A stretch of DNA of 64,000 nt, taken from assembly GCA_050084515.1 (NCBI GenBank), contig CM114271.1, positions 11,780,001 to 11,844,000 on the forward strand, read 5' to 3'. This document shows positions 13,011 through 26,400 of the stretch, one piece after another (the stretch's first letter is position 1; every line of letters begins with the position of its first letter). A model generated the notes under the pieces. That model searched no databases. It was not told the origin of the DNA and was given only the letters and a program-made list of their open reading frames with translations. The DNA comes from Blasia pusilla. Its lineage: Eukaryota. A program made the position numbers and the translations under genes.

Positions 13011-13489
13011 CCCATTCATTCTTGTTGTCTGAGGTGCTTAGGACTCCATCCATGGTTCCTACGCAGCCTATTGAGCCGAAAGTGGGGACTGAGGCATCTA
13101 CATCGCGTGTAGTAGACACGGATGCAAAGATCAATGCAGATGTGCGGATGGCAACTTCAGTGTTGGGATCCCCATTATTTTCGGCCACGGAGCTGATGGC
13201 TTTAGGAGTTGACTTAGCTCATGTATTTCAGCTAGCAGTCACGTTGTGTGAACGTGGGGGTGTTACTGCTACACGTGCTAAGGTGGATGAGGGTATTTCC
13301 GTGGAGCGACCCCCTATGTCAGGTGTAGCATTGAGTACCTATGCTACTTGGCAGGCAGTAGCGGCGAAGATGGATGCATTACCAGCCCGGCCAGCCATTG
13401 ATCGTGAGAGGCTTACACCTGGTGTATGTATGTTGGACAAACGGAGTGGGATATTTCGACTGGTGAGTCCTACATGACAGGTGTATAGA

Positions 13490-13790
13490 CCAGATAGAGT
13501 CTTGTTAGACTTTGGTGCCCAACCTTTGATGTTGGGAAAGGCGGCATGTATTGGTTTGGCTATTCGAAGGTAAGAGCTTGAGCCTTGCCCATTCTAGATT
13601 CAAACATCACTTGGAGGTGCCAATGATAGGTCTCAATTCATGACACGGGAGAAGTTCTCTGTACAGTTGAGACCAGATCATGCGATTGATAGCTCTCGGT
13701 TCGGAGTACCCGCAATGGTCACATCAGCCGAGTCGTATGATGTACTAGTTGGAGGAGCAGTATTATACCCGATGGGTTTTCAGTTGGATT
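13490..13790 (+). pseudogene. Retroviral-type aspartic protease (copy 1)
   Basis: RVLLDFGAQPLMLG (LDSGGQPLML in the older relative near 58950) and C-terminal YDVLVGGAVL. Confidence 0.75.
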
Positions 13791-14212
13791 ATTGGACTGA
13801 GACAACGTCTTATAGACCTGGTTGGCAGTCTGGGGATGGACGTATGAGCCAAGTTCCTATGAGATTTATTTATGAGGCTCGACCAGGAGGGTCTTCCCCA
13901 ACGGTGTTAGCATCTGTGGCTGGTTTTAGTGGAGTAGTCACTTGGCTAGGAGACTTTTTGGAGGGTAATGTTTCTGCTATGGATTCTCTTGTGCACGAGG
14001 AGGTAGAGGAGGTCCCTAGTTTTGCAGCAATGGCATCCTCATCGTTGGATGTGCCACTTTGGAGTTCAGGCGGTGCACTACGGCAGGAGGCTTGGTGTGA
14101 GGCTGTTATACCTCACGAGGAAGAGGAGGCCCCACTGCGGACTCCTACTTTTGGTCTAGTTGGGTTATCCCCTTTGGATACTACACCCATTGTATGGCAG
14201 TATCCGCCGGAG

Positions 14213-15180
14213 GGCATTTGTGTGTTAGATCTCTTTGGTGGGATTTGCACTGGTTTGGCTGCAGTGTTGCAGGTCGGTATTCCTTTGCGGAGATACGTGG
14301 ATGTGGAGCGAGATGAGACGGCCCAGAGAGTCTCATCCCGACATATTGGTCAGTTGATGCGGAGATATCCTGAGTTGTTTCCGCCATCAGCTATTCGTGG
14401 GTACCAGCGTGCTTTGCCGTCACACATTGCATTGTTGGGGGCGTAGGACCTTGAGAGGGTTGGTCCTGTGGATTTGGTGATTGCAGGATGGCCATGTCAG
14501 GGTCATACGCGTGCTGGTCGTGGTGAGGGATTACACGACCCTAGGTCTTGATTGTTTTGGGAGATATTACGGGTGTTACGACATCTTCAGGTTCATCAGG
14601 CACGTGGTCCAGCTTACATTCTGAAGAATGTTCCATTGTTGGATGACACTCGGACCCGGATGATGGCGAGTGTTCATGAGGTGCGGTCTTGGATTGGACC
14701 AGCGGTGTTGTTGGATATAGCGCGAGTTGGCTCGCGTGCACATCGTCCACGCTTGTGGTGGACAAACTTGTTGCCTAGGGAGGTTCTACGTCGAGCATAT
14801 GATGCAGTGCAGCGGGATCCTTGCCTTACAGTGGATAGTGTCTTGGATACTGGGCGACTTTCTCAGGTGGTGAGGGTTATTGATCGGTCATCCATGGTAG
14901 TGGTGAACCGTGTGGGCCAGCCTAGGATGGCACTACCCACATTTGTGAGTTTTCCATCGTTACATGCCTACAGGGAAGGTGGTCACGGGCTTGTATGGGA
15001 TTCTCATGTGCGACAGTTGATGGAGACTAACACTGATGAGAGAGAGAGCGTGCGATGGGATTTGCTACTGGTGTGAAAGTGGTTACTTCCATTTCCGAGG
15101 CTTCACGACGTCATGTGTTGGATCAGGCCATGGACCTAAATTGTTTGACTTGGATTTTGAGTCTTGGTTTGGCCGAGCAG
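14213..15180 (+). pseudogene. DNMT3-like C5 cytosine DNA methyltransferase domain within the polyprotein (copy 1)
   Basis: Motif I VLDLFGGICTG, II VERD, IV DLVIAGWPCQG, VI YILKNVP (ENV in copy 2), VIII AHRPRLWWTNL, IX-X ERE..MGFATG...SRRHVLDQAMD. Confidence 0.92.
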
Positions 15181-15449
15181 CGTTGACTTTGGACTATGTC
15201 TGTGGGTCTTCCCCTTGTGATGAGCTCGATGGCTACCGGGATGGTAGAGGCATCGGCTGGGGGCGAGGAGAGTAGTATTTTGCATCCTTGGAGTAAATGG
15301 GACGTAATGGCTGGGCATGTGGAGTTGGTTGCTCATGCTAGTGGAGGAGTTATTTGCTCAGATGATGGTGTAGGTAAGGGTGTACCATCTTGTGAGGGGG
15401 TTGCGTAGTAGCCAATGGCATCGTCCTCTCCCTCTAGTGTGCCAATGGA

Positions 15450-18300
15450 GGAGACTTGGGAGCCATTACTAGGGCCCAAGCTTACGGGAGGTGAGAAACG
15501 ACGCTTGACACAGTTCCTACGTGCTTATAGGAGTTGTTTTGCCTTTAGCATGAAGGAGTTGGGTGCTCTGGTTGGACCCGGTATACGGATTGATTTGGCT
15601 AGTGATACGCCAATCTTTTGTCGTCCCTACCAATATAGTGATATGGAGAGGGAACTGATTTAGAGTAGGACGTTTGACCTTTTGGAGGCTGGATTAGTGG
15701 AATTGTCGCATGGAGAGTATGCATCAGCCAGTGTCATGCCTGCTAAAAAGGATATGCATGGCAACTACACGGATAGGCGGATGTGTGGAGATTACCGTCC
15801 TATCAATCGGCAAACCAAGGCCGATAGGTATGCCATGCCTACACCTAAGGAGATCTTTGATGTGGTGGGACAAGAAAAGATTTTCAGTACTTTGGATCTT
15901 TGGGCAAGATACCATCAATTGCCGATTCAGGAGAGTGACAAGGCCAAGACAACATTTTGGGGTGTCAACTCTCATGGCCAGGATTGTTTGTACCAGTGGA
16001 AATTCTTACCCTTTGGGTTGAAGAATGCACATGCCGAGTTTCAGAGAGTGATGGACAGGATCCTAGCAGGGTTGGATTTTGTTCGGTGTTACATTGATGA
16101 TATCTTGGTGTTGTGTAACACGGTGGAGGAGCATCAGATACATTTGCAGATTATTTTTGAGTTGTTGAAAGCTCATGGTCTAGGTTTGCATCCAGGAAAG
16201 TGTAAGTTCTTCCATGAGGATGTTGAGTACTTGAGTCATGTGATCTATCCAGGTGGTTTGGGAGTTCAGCAAGCAAAGGTGGAGGCTATTGCACTTATTC
16301 CGCGTCCGCTAGATGTGAGTAGAGTTCGGGCATTCATGGGATTGGCGAACTACTATCGGAGGTATGTGAAGGGATTTAGTGTTATGGCAAAGCCTTTGAA
16401 CCAATTGCTGAAATTAGATCAAAAGTGGCACTGGGGAGATGATCAGGAGAGAGCTTTTGTGGAGCTCAAGGCCTTGTTGGTGGCGGCGCCTATCTTGAGG
16501 AGACCTATCAGAGGGCGCCCATTTCAGTTACACACTGATCGGAGTAGGTTGAGACTTGGAGCGGTGTTGACACAACATGATGATGAGCATATGGAGTTTG
16601 TGGTGGCCTATGCAAGTCGTTCCAATAATGTAACGGAGTCGCGCTATAGTTCATATGAGGGAGAGTGCTTGGCAGTAGTGTGGGCTATGGCACACTTTAA
16701 GTGTTACTTGTTTTGCACACCGTTTACCCTTGTTACTGATCACCAGCCGCTCAAGTGGTTGATAGAGTCTGACAAGCTTACAGGGAAGCTTGCACGGTGG
16801 GCTCTTATCTTACACGAGTATGACTTCCAGGTGGTACATAGATCTGGAGTTGCCAACCTTGATGCTGAGGGGGTTAGTAGGAACCCATGTACTAGCCAAG
16901 AGGATGCAACTGGGTCTAGATGGCATGGCGAGGTTGATGAGGAGATGGTGCCAGGTTGGCATGCATCCGCCTTTTTATGTTGGTTAGGGGTGGACTCTAG
17001 TATGGACGACCACATGACATCTTACTCTAGTCAAAGGGTAGATGGCCAACCTTCAGATCATAAGGTTGGAGATGGTGGTACAGATCAGCGTGATATTCAT
17101 GATGATGCGTTGGTGTTGGAATTCCTACGGACCAGTAGGGTGCCAAGCATAGTGAGTGCCAAGGAGCGAGACCCTGTTCTTCAATGTGCTAAGAGGTATC
17201 AATTGGAGGGAACACATATTCTCCGTGTGTGGGAGGATGGTAGAGTACGAGTAGTGCCGCATTTGGCTCAGAGAGAGCGCATTGTGCAACATGCCCATGA
17301 GGAGTTGGGACATTTTGGGGTAAAGCGTACGTATAGCTTACTCCTTGGTCAGTATTGGTGGCGTGGCATGCATACTCAAGTGCAGCAGTTGGTGTCACGT
17401 TGTATGGTTTGTGACCAGGTGAGGGCATCATTCAATGCCCCTACACCACAGTTACACCCCTTGCCTATTATGGGGTTGGATTACAGTTAGAGTGTGGACT
17501 TTTGGACCGTTACGTTGACCGTTGGTATGCGACATCATCGATATGTGTTGGTGATGGTGGAGCACTTCTCCAAGTAAATTGAGTTGGTGGCATTATCTGA
17601 CAAGGCAAGTGAGGGAACGACATATGCGTTTCTTGATAGAGTGCTTACTCATTTTGGTGCACCAGCTAAAGTGCTGACCAACCAGAGTACAGAGTTTCAG
17701 GGTGAGTTTCAGGTCTTGTGTGACAAGGCGTTGATTGATCATCGGACCACGTCTCGAGATCATCCAGAGGCGGATGGTTTGGCTGAGCGTGTGGTTCAGA
17801 CGGTAAAGAGGGCATTGCGCAAGTATGGCCTACAGAAGGGGCATCTTGGAGATTGGGATATTCAGTTGCCATGGTTAGCCATGGGATATAGGTTCAATCT
17901 CCAAGCATCCTTGGCTTCCTTCTCACCTTATTTTCTGTTATATAGTCGAGATCCAGACTTGCCAACATCAATTCGTCGGGAGTCTAGTGAGGTGGTGAAC
18001 CTTGATGACCCAAAGATGTGGATGAGAGTGTGTTTTCAACGGGCAGAGCTCTTTTGGGAGAGTTATGCCAACAACCTTTGAGAACCTTGCCATTACTCAA
18101 CACAGGGATACGTTGGGGTATGCAACCATTCAGGGTGGAGGTTATCGACCATCGATTCGTAGGTTCCATGTGGGGGACTATGTCTATTTGCAGCAGATTG
18201 CACCGACAACGTTGGATGTGTCGGCAGGCCGCACTATTTTACGAGTGGGCGAGATGTTAGCTTATGGAGTTCTCATGTTGGAGGGTTGTGATGGAGTTGT
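15450..18300 (+). pseudogene. Reverse transcriptase, RNase H and DDE integrase (copy 1)
   Basis: RT: RMCGDYRPIN, LPFGLKNA, YIDDIL. RNase H: FQLHTD, YEGECLAVVWA, TDHQPLKWL. Integrase: HHCC finger HEELGH...CMVC, SVDF, VLTNQSTEF, HPEADGLAERVVQTVK. Gypsy order RT-RH-INT. Confidence 0.95.
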
Positions 18301-18397
18301 TTGGAAGGACCATGTGCGTAATTGTGCGCCATGTCATCTTCCAAATGTGGATGGTACTGTTGACCCAAGCTTAGCCATGATACGTGCTAGTTTGAGG

Positions 18398-18538
18398 TGC
18401 ATGTTGTGTGGATCTGCTGGTAACGCAATCCGTATATTGGTGTGTGATCGGTGTTCTAGGGGTTGGCACATGATGTGTTTGACTCCACATATGGATGTTG
18501 TTCCTATTGGAAGGTGGGCTTGTCCTCGATGTACTTAG
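18398..18538 (+). other. PHD finger (C4HC3) at the integrase C-terminus (copy 1)
   Basis: CMLCGSAGNAIRILVCDRCSRGWHMMCLTPHMDVVPIGRWACPRC*. Confidence 0.92.
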
Positions 18539-18713
18539 GAGAGGTAGATGACTTGATCTTTGCGTGATATGGATTACAGATAGGCGACTAACGATGGGGC
18601 AACCTAGCAACCGGCCTTATGATTCGTGCACCCAAGAAGGTGTATAGCATGTAATAGATATATATAGGGCTACCTAGGAGTTAGAGGGACCTAACCGCCA
18701 GTTAGGGGGGCGA

Positions 18714-19206
18714 GTTGTGGTACACTTGTGTTTGTGTATGCTCTCGTCTATATTATGTATGTATGTGACTATGGTATGTCAGCGATGTATGCTGTATGAC
18801 GATGTGGATTTGCACGACAGCAGTCATGACCATACGGATTATGTCGTAGAGTATAGTGTGCTAGTAGAGGCCATACCTTACGTAGGACCGTAGTGTCTAG
18901 GTAGAGATGCGGTTTCATACATAGGGTTAGGGGTTACTCAATGAGGGTGACTTTTCCAGTAGGGCCCGCTCTTAGGTTGGAGGATATAGTATGGAGTGCA
19001 CTCAAAGAACTGTTAGTTCTTTGAGTTGAGCCTGTTGCCTTGGGAGTTAGCCTTGGTAGTGAGTAGAGGTCTTGGTTGTGTTATGACTGTAGGTCTTTTA
19101 GTTATGGTACACTTGTGTATGTGTATGCTCTCGTCTATATTATGTATGCATGTGAGTATGGTATGTCAGCGATGTATGTTGTATGACAATGTGGATTCGC
19201 ACAACA
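18714..19206 (+). repeat. Internal B-A-B block: B 18714-18819, GC, A 18822-19100 (internally deleted), B 19101-19206
   Basis: Preceded by PPT AGGGGGGCGA. The sequence variant differs from A1 of this copy. Confidence 0.9.
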
Positions 19207-20213
19207 TTCTCCCTTTCAATAAGGAGTGCTGCTCTTTGCTTGGTGGTTAGATCTGGGAAGATACGGATAGCAGAATTTTTGAGGACTACTTTACTTTGGA
19301 GGATGACCAACCTCATTTCCATCGCTGGTCCGCGTTGTGAGGGATCAAATTGTACCAACATTGGCGTTGGTCGGTCCCCTATTCCTTTCCCAAGTCTGAT
19401 CCGTGTGAAGGTGACTGTTGGTGTGACCTTGAGAGTTGTGAAGACTTTCTCTTGCAAAACTGAATTATAGTCTTCTTCCTTGGAAAAGTGTAGTCCCATG
19501 ATAACTAAATTGAGTTCTTTGGTTTTCCTATCTTGGATTTCTAGGACCCTATCTGCTTCCTCTTTTGCTACCTCTTTGGCTACCTGTGTTGCAACCTCCG
19601 TGATTTGTGTTGAGGTAGTGTGCTTGCCCAGTACTTCAGTCCAGGCTCTAAGAGGATTTGCAGGGCTATTCCTTGTTAAACAATACTCTTGCATTGCTTT
19701 CCCAAGCTCAGTGTTATCCTCTTTGAAGCAGGCATCCAAGTCCTTCTTCAATTGCATGTTTTCAGCCCTCAAAGCGATCAACTCTAATTCCAGAGTTGTC
19801 TTATGAGCCGTCCATTCGAGGAGATTTGATTCCTCGGTGGACATCCATCTACCCTGCTCTTCTTTTGATGCCTGCATCATTGTATTCCATGCCAACATCT
19901 GGTTGGCCTGAAAGCTTTCCCATTTTCCTTCTAGTTCAGAGAACCTTCTAGTCATGGATGCCACTTCCAGATATGGTATAACCTCTGTTGAATGTGTGAC
20001 AGATGCATGGAGTCATTCCTTGTCACAGTGCCTCATTTTTTTCCCGACATAGTGGCGAGAGTTTGGGGCGATCAATCTCCGTGAGCCATTTGATCTCACG
20101 GATCGTCCATTGTCTCTACTCTTCATTTGCTTGTGGGAAAGATCCTTGACACAGGTCGTGTCTTGGACCTCCTCCGGTGAGGTTTCTAACGCTGGTTGTT
20201 CTGTGGTAGTCAT
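19207..20213 (-). pseudogene. LINE ORF1-like fragment (coiled coil plus RRM-like domain), 3'-truncated
   Basis: Coiled-coil stretch followed by KELNLVIMGL...RIRLGK...RPTPMLVQF...KVVLKNSAIRIFPDLT, the pattern of L1/CR1-type ORF1 proteins. Confidence 0.7.
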
Positions 20214-20515
20214 GGGTGCAGTGTTTACTCGATGTAGTGGTCGATGTGCTCAAGCAGTGGGAATGGGGAAAACAATTAGATAGGGTGTGCTTTACTCCAT
20301 AGAAACCATAGTCCCATGTATGGAGTCAGAGGGAGGTCAGAGCTTGAGAATCGTCTCAACATCACTGGCTTTTGCCCGTTCCATGGTTAGGCAGGATCGT
20401 CCAGGGAGGTGCAGCCCGATTTTGCTGGGAGTTCCTGGTCCGTGAGTAGAGAGAAGGGTATAAAGTAGGGAGACTCTGAAAACGGGGTTGGAATTTGACA
20501 GAAAAGTTGGACCAT

Positions 20516-20688
<173 letters not shown>

Positions 20689-20692
20689 TTGA

Positions 20693-21556
20693 TGTCTATG
20701 TTGGTGTGTGATCGATGTTCTAGGGGTTGGCACATGATGTGTTTGACTTCACGTATGGATGTTGTTCCTAGTGGAAGGTGGGTATGTCCTCGATGTATTT
20801 AAGAGAGGTAGATGACTTGATCTTTGCATGATATGGATTACAGATGTGCGACTAACGATGGGGCAACCTAGCACCCGACCTTCTGATTCGTGCATCCACG
20901 AAGGTGTATAGCATGTAGTAGATGTATAGGGCTACCACAGGAGTTAGAGGACCTAACCGCCGATTAGGCCTGAGAGTTGTGGTACACTTATGTTTGTGGA
21001 TGCTCTCGTCTATGTTATGTATGTATGTGAGTATGGTATGTCAGCGATGTATGTTGTATGACGATGTGGATTCGCACGACAGCTGTCATGACCATACGGA
21101 TTATGTCGTAGAATATAGTGTGCTAGTAGAGGCCATACCTTATGTAGGACCGTAGTGGCTAGGTAGAGATACGGTTTCATACATACGGTTGGGGGTTACT
21201 CAGTTGGGATGACTTTCCCAGTAGGGCCCGCTCTTAGGTTGGAGGATATAGTGTGGAGTGCACCCAAAGAACAGTTAGTTCTTTGAGTTGAGCCTGTTGC
21301 GTTGGGAGTTAGTCTTGGTAGTGAGTAGAGCTCTTGGCTATGGTGTTTCCCGCAAGCTTCGACCTAGATTCTCCCATCATGGAGTGGGTTTGGCTCGATT
21401 GTATGTGATTCTATACGTGTTTTATGACAGTAGCTCTTTCACGGATTTTAGTTGTGGTACACTTATGTTTGTGGATGCTCTCGTCTATGTTATGTATGTA
21501 TGTGAGTATGGTATGTCAGGGATGTATGTTGTATGACGATGTGGATTCGCACGACA
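20693..21556 (+). repeat. Second 3' end of copy 1: half PHD, 3' UTR, B1 20976-21081, GC, A2 21084-21450, B2 21451-21556
   Basis: Repeats about 18433-19206. A2 shares diagnostic bases with A1 (TTGGGATGACTTTCCC, TATAGTGTGG, CCCAAAG). Followed by the TSD. Confidence 0.92.
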
Positions 21557-23425
21557 CATGACCTACTATCCTTTGGACATCTAGGACATAGCCATTATCT
21601 CGTGGGAACTGCGGCTAGAGGGAGGGTCAGACACGACATATGTCACCCTCAAGAACAACCATCACACACCAACATGGTGTGGGCACCCCTTGCAGATCCA
21701 CACAACATACACCTCAAGCCCGCAAGTACTATTTCCAAGCTAGGATCCATTTTCGGGTCCATGTTTGGAAGATGACATGGCGCACATGATCCTTCCAAAC
21801 CATACCATATCATCCCTTCCCTCCAGCAAGAGGACTCCAATCAGTAACGCCTCATGTCTACGCAAAATCATACACCCTCCAATGACATCTCGTATCATGG
21901 GTGCCGCCTATTGTAAATACACATAATCTCTAGGATGAAACCTCCTAATCCCCTGGACGATAACCTCCTCCACGAATGATTGCGTACCTCAATGTATCCT
22001 TATGGTGAGCAACCGGTAAGTTCTCAAATGCCATGGGCATAAGTCTATGAAAAATCTCTGCCCTTTAAGAACATGCTTGCAACCACACATCCAGGTCATC
22101 AAGATCCAACACCACCGCCATGTCACTTTGAATGGTCGCTAGTAAATCCTGCTCTCTCCCATAGAACAAAATATACGTGAAAATGAGGCCAAGGATGCCA
22201 ACTGAAGCGATATTCCATAGCCAACCAAGGAAATTGTAGGTCTACTCCCTCAAGTGTACATTCTACAAGCCATACTTGCGCAACCCTCTCTTACTTATAC
22301 TTATGTCCGGTTGGCACGCATATACCTTTCTTTATTATCTGACATAGTCAACTAATAAAGAAAGGTAGATACGTGCCAACCGGACATAATCTCCTCATCA
22401 CTCTCTTCGTGCCATTGAGCTCTTGTGTTCTCTCTAACTCGGGCATGGATTGCGATTCAACCCATCTGCATCTTGATTCAACCAAACTCTCCTATGAACC
22501 ATCTCAAACTCATACTCCTATAGTAATAGAGTCCACTTGGCAAGCTTCCTCATAAGCTTATCGGACTCCATCAACCACCTTAACGGCTGATGATCACAGA
22601 TAAGTGGGGGAAATGATTTTCAAATAGATAGCACCTGAAATGTGCCACATCCCACATTACAACCAAACAATCTCCCTCGTAGGAATTGTATTTTGCCTCT
22701 ACAATATTGTTCGATTGGCTTGCATAAGCCATAACGAACTCCCTCTTCTCTTCATCTCTTTAAGTGAACAATCCTCCTAGACCCAACATGCTCCAATCTG
22801 TATGTATCTGGAAAAGAAGACACGTAACCGGTCTCTGTAAAATGGTTGAGGATATCAACCTATCCTTGAGCTCTTGAAATGCTTGCTCCTTATCATCTAC
22901 CCAATGCCAAACCTAATCAAGTCTCGTCTTCAAGGTCAAAGACTTTGCGATCGCACTAAAACTCTTAACATATAGTCGATAGAAGTTCGCTAGTCGTAGA
23001 AATGCTCGTACTCAACTCACATTCATAGGGGATGCAATCTAGGAAATTCCCTCCACCTTAATTTACTAACACCTAACCCACCCAGGTAGATGGTGTGTCC
23101 CAAATACTGGATCCGCTCTTGAAAGAACCTGCACTTGCCTAGATGCAACTTCCGTCCAAGTAACTGCAATCGCCGAAACACCTCCTCGAAGTGTCGCTCA
23201 TACTTCTCAACCGTGGAATTGCTGATAAGGATATCATCTATGTTACACCGTGCAAAATCCAAGCCAACTGGACTTCTATCCATCACTCTTTGGAACTCCG
23301 CAAGGGCGTTCTTCAACCCAAATGGTAAGAACCACCATTGGTACAAACAATCTCTCCCAAACCGATCTGTCACCAAAATTGATGTCTTCTCCCTTTTCTC
23401 CATCCAGATAGGAAGTTGATGATCC

Positions 23426-26400
23426 CCAGAAATGGCGCCAAAATGTCATAGCAAGTAATACATGGCCAGCACACAACCCAAGTGAAAATATTGCTATTTC
23501 CACCAGTTCGGTCCCATGTAAGAGCTTAGGGCCAGGCCAAAAGATCAGAACTCTATGATGTACTCCTTAATAGCTGTAAACCCCACCTCTTTACCTTAAG
23601 AGGCTGGAGAAACAATCTCCACTTCAGTATCACAATCCTATCCTCACCACACTAACCAAAACTCCTTCCATTCTCTTGAATGCTTTGAGTGGAGTGGCCA
23701 GTGGAACCCAACAAGCACACTCTACTTAGAAATCACAATCAAGAATGACCAGGGCAGCATAAGGTCCTCCAATGTGCTCCCTTGGACTAGTTGAATGTAC
23801 CAAGGAAATCCTCTAAAGCACACACAACTCCTAACTGATCAAGTAGTGCAATCACCTTTTGATCCTCACCGAGTATCTAGTAAGAGCTTGGATGTAGTTT
23901 TTAGTCCTTAGATAGAGTGTCCAGTGGCAATCCAACCAACACACCTACTCAAGGCTCACAACTAGAGACTACTAAAACAACATAAGGCCATCCAATACGC
24001 TGTCTAGTATAATCATCCACCCCCAGGGTAGCCTAAAAGGGATGCAACTCTCTATTTGCTCAAACCAACACCCACATCCCTTCTTCTTCTCCTCTTACCT
24101 TGCTGGTCCTTTGTTCTCCCTCCTTGTTCAGGTAGTAGGAGACTTAACAGGCTGAGCCCATGGTCTTCTACCTCTAGTGAAGCTCAAGCATGACCATCTT
24201 TCTCCACTCACTAATCTCTTATCACTTAGCAGACCTGGAAGTCCAGGTTGTCACATCCTAGAAGTAATCAATGATTGGTGTCAAAGGCCATACTCAGGTG
24301 GGCACAACAACAAGCTTTCAAAGCACACCTTGGAGGAGTACAATCTTGGAACCTAAGCTTGCCTCCTCTATTGGTATAGCCTCTTGTCCACTCACTACAC
24401 TTTTGAATGATTAGTTGAACTAGCTCCAAGAATCTCACTTCATCAAGCCCTCCAACTCATCACTCAATCATGCACAAACTCAAATACAGGGTAGTGGAGT
24501 GAAATCATTCCAAAGGGGCTACTTTATGTATATCACAAAGCCATCTAGTACATGGGAGACCTTCTTAGTCTCAGCCCCTTCAAGCACACTACACACTACC
24601 TAGATCTGGGAGCACATACTCTGCTGGTTAGCTTGGCTGAAGAGATCAAGTGTCTGCATGTATGCCCCCCTTTACTAAACCAAGCTGAGCACTTATAAGT
24701 GAAGCTGAGAGCCCTCTACCTACTTGAGCTTCTCTGGTATTCTTGTCTTCTACCTTCCTATAAATCTACCTCCCCCTAAGCATCTACTCCAAGGCATCTA
24801 CTGCCTGAAATTTCTACCTCATCTACTTCTGAACCTGCCCTAACTAAAGCCTCTTGAGCAGCATTGATGGCATAGGCTCGACTTGTCTCTTGGACATGCT
24901 TGAAGGTAAGATATACCTCTATATTCTTCCCATGCTTGCTTCTTCTCAAGCTGGTTCAAGCCCTGCCCTCAGTTCACACCTCCACTTAGCTCCACCTGCA
25001 CAAATCTTCAAGAAATCTCTCCTTGGATCCTCTCAGCTCCATAGATCTCTCCCTTGGATTCTCAAGCTTTCTGGCCTTCAAATGAGGTCCTCTAGGCTTC
25101 CATGAGTAACCTTCTAGCCCACAAGAGTCCAAGCATTTGAGCTCAGCCTCCATTGACCTCTTCTTAGCCCCTTATTCTTCATTTCTCGGCCCTAACAATC
25201 AGATCCACCTCCTTGGTTCGAACCCTCCTCTACAACAGCAATCAAGCACTCTATCTCCTTCATTGGATACCCTGGATACTCCCTAGTGCCTAGACCATCT
25301 CCCTTGGATCCTCTAGGCTCAAGGTCAATGGAGTGACCTGGCTGCATTATCACTTTGTACAATCTTCTTGACTTGTTCTCGGACAGCCTGCTGCAGGGCC
25401 CTTCTCTTGCACCACCTCCCTGTATTCCAGCCTCCCCTCCAGCCTCCCCTCGAGCATCCTATGTGCCCAACCAATCCTTGATAAGCTTGATTCAAGAGCA
25501 CAAACATATTAAGAGTCCAAGGGCAAAGATATGCCACCACTCCTCTCAAGCATTGGTCCATCCAAGCCCTTGAAATCACCCTACCTAGTTGTCCACTTTT
25601 CTGTCACCATAGCTTCCCAAGCTCAGCCCTCGTGGAGTATCCTATGCTCCTCATTACTTGCTGAAAATTCTTGTGGGTGACCTCCATAGTTGAGAGCATC
25701 TCAAGGCAAATCCATACCATCAATCATATCAAGATTTGGCTCACTAGTGCTCTAGGTAGCAGCCCTCGGATAGCCTGCCCTCCTATTTTCCAAAAATCCA
25801 GATTCCTTGCCTTTCTAATCTACCTTGAGAATTCTAGCCTAGCATCCAATGTCTTGATTCAAATGTATCATCTTGAAGAGCATCCAAAGACCTTTCTAAC
25901 GAGCCTATTCAATCACCAAACCGATCAGCCAAGCTCTAGCCATCAACATTTGATTCTCCCCTCTATGCTGGCCACCATAGCTCCAAGCTTTGTCATGTGC
26001 CCGTCGAACTTCAGGCCTAGACACTTTCCTATTGACACTATTCTAACCTCACTCTACTGGCTAGTAAGTCCCCTCTAAAACTTCCCCTAACTTAGCCACC
26101 GCTTTAGTCGACCTACCAGTTTAGAGTGGCCTTATAACTCCACTAAAAACCTTCCCTAAGTCAAGCCTTCCTAGTAGAATTTGATAAGTGCTATGGAGAG
26201 GTGTCCCATTCATCAATCACTTTCTTAACACTGATTATCTTGGCCATTGGCTAACCCTACATACACTCAATCCAACCAAGGTTGACTTAACTACAGCTAA
26301 AGTAACTACGGTTATTCTAACTAGGGTTAATTTAACTCTTGTTAGTCTAACTACAGCTAACCTATCCCCTCGTTAGACTTAAGAGCAGAGTGCTCACCAG

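Noticed and set aside
14444-14446. Programmed read-through stop inside the DNMT (LLGA*DL in three elements)
   Set aside because: Family 3 has CAA (Gln) at this position, and CAG>TAG is an expected deamination change.
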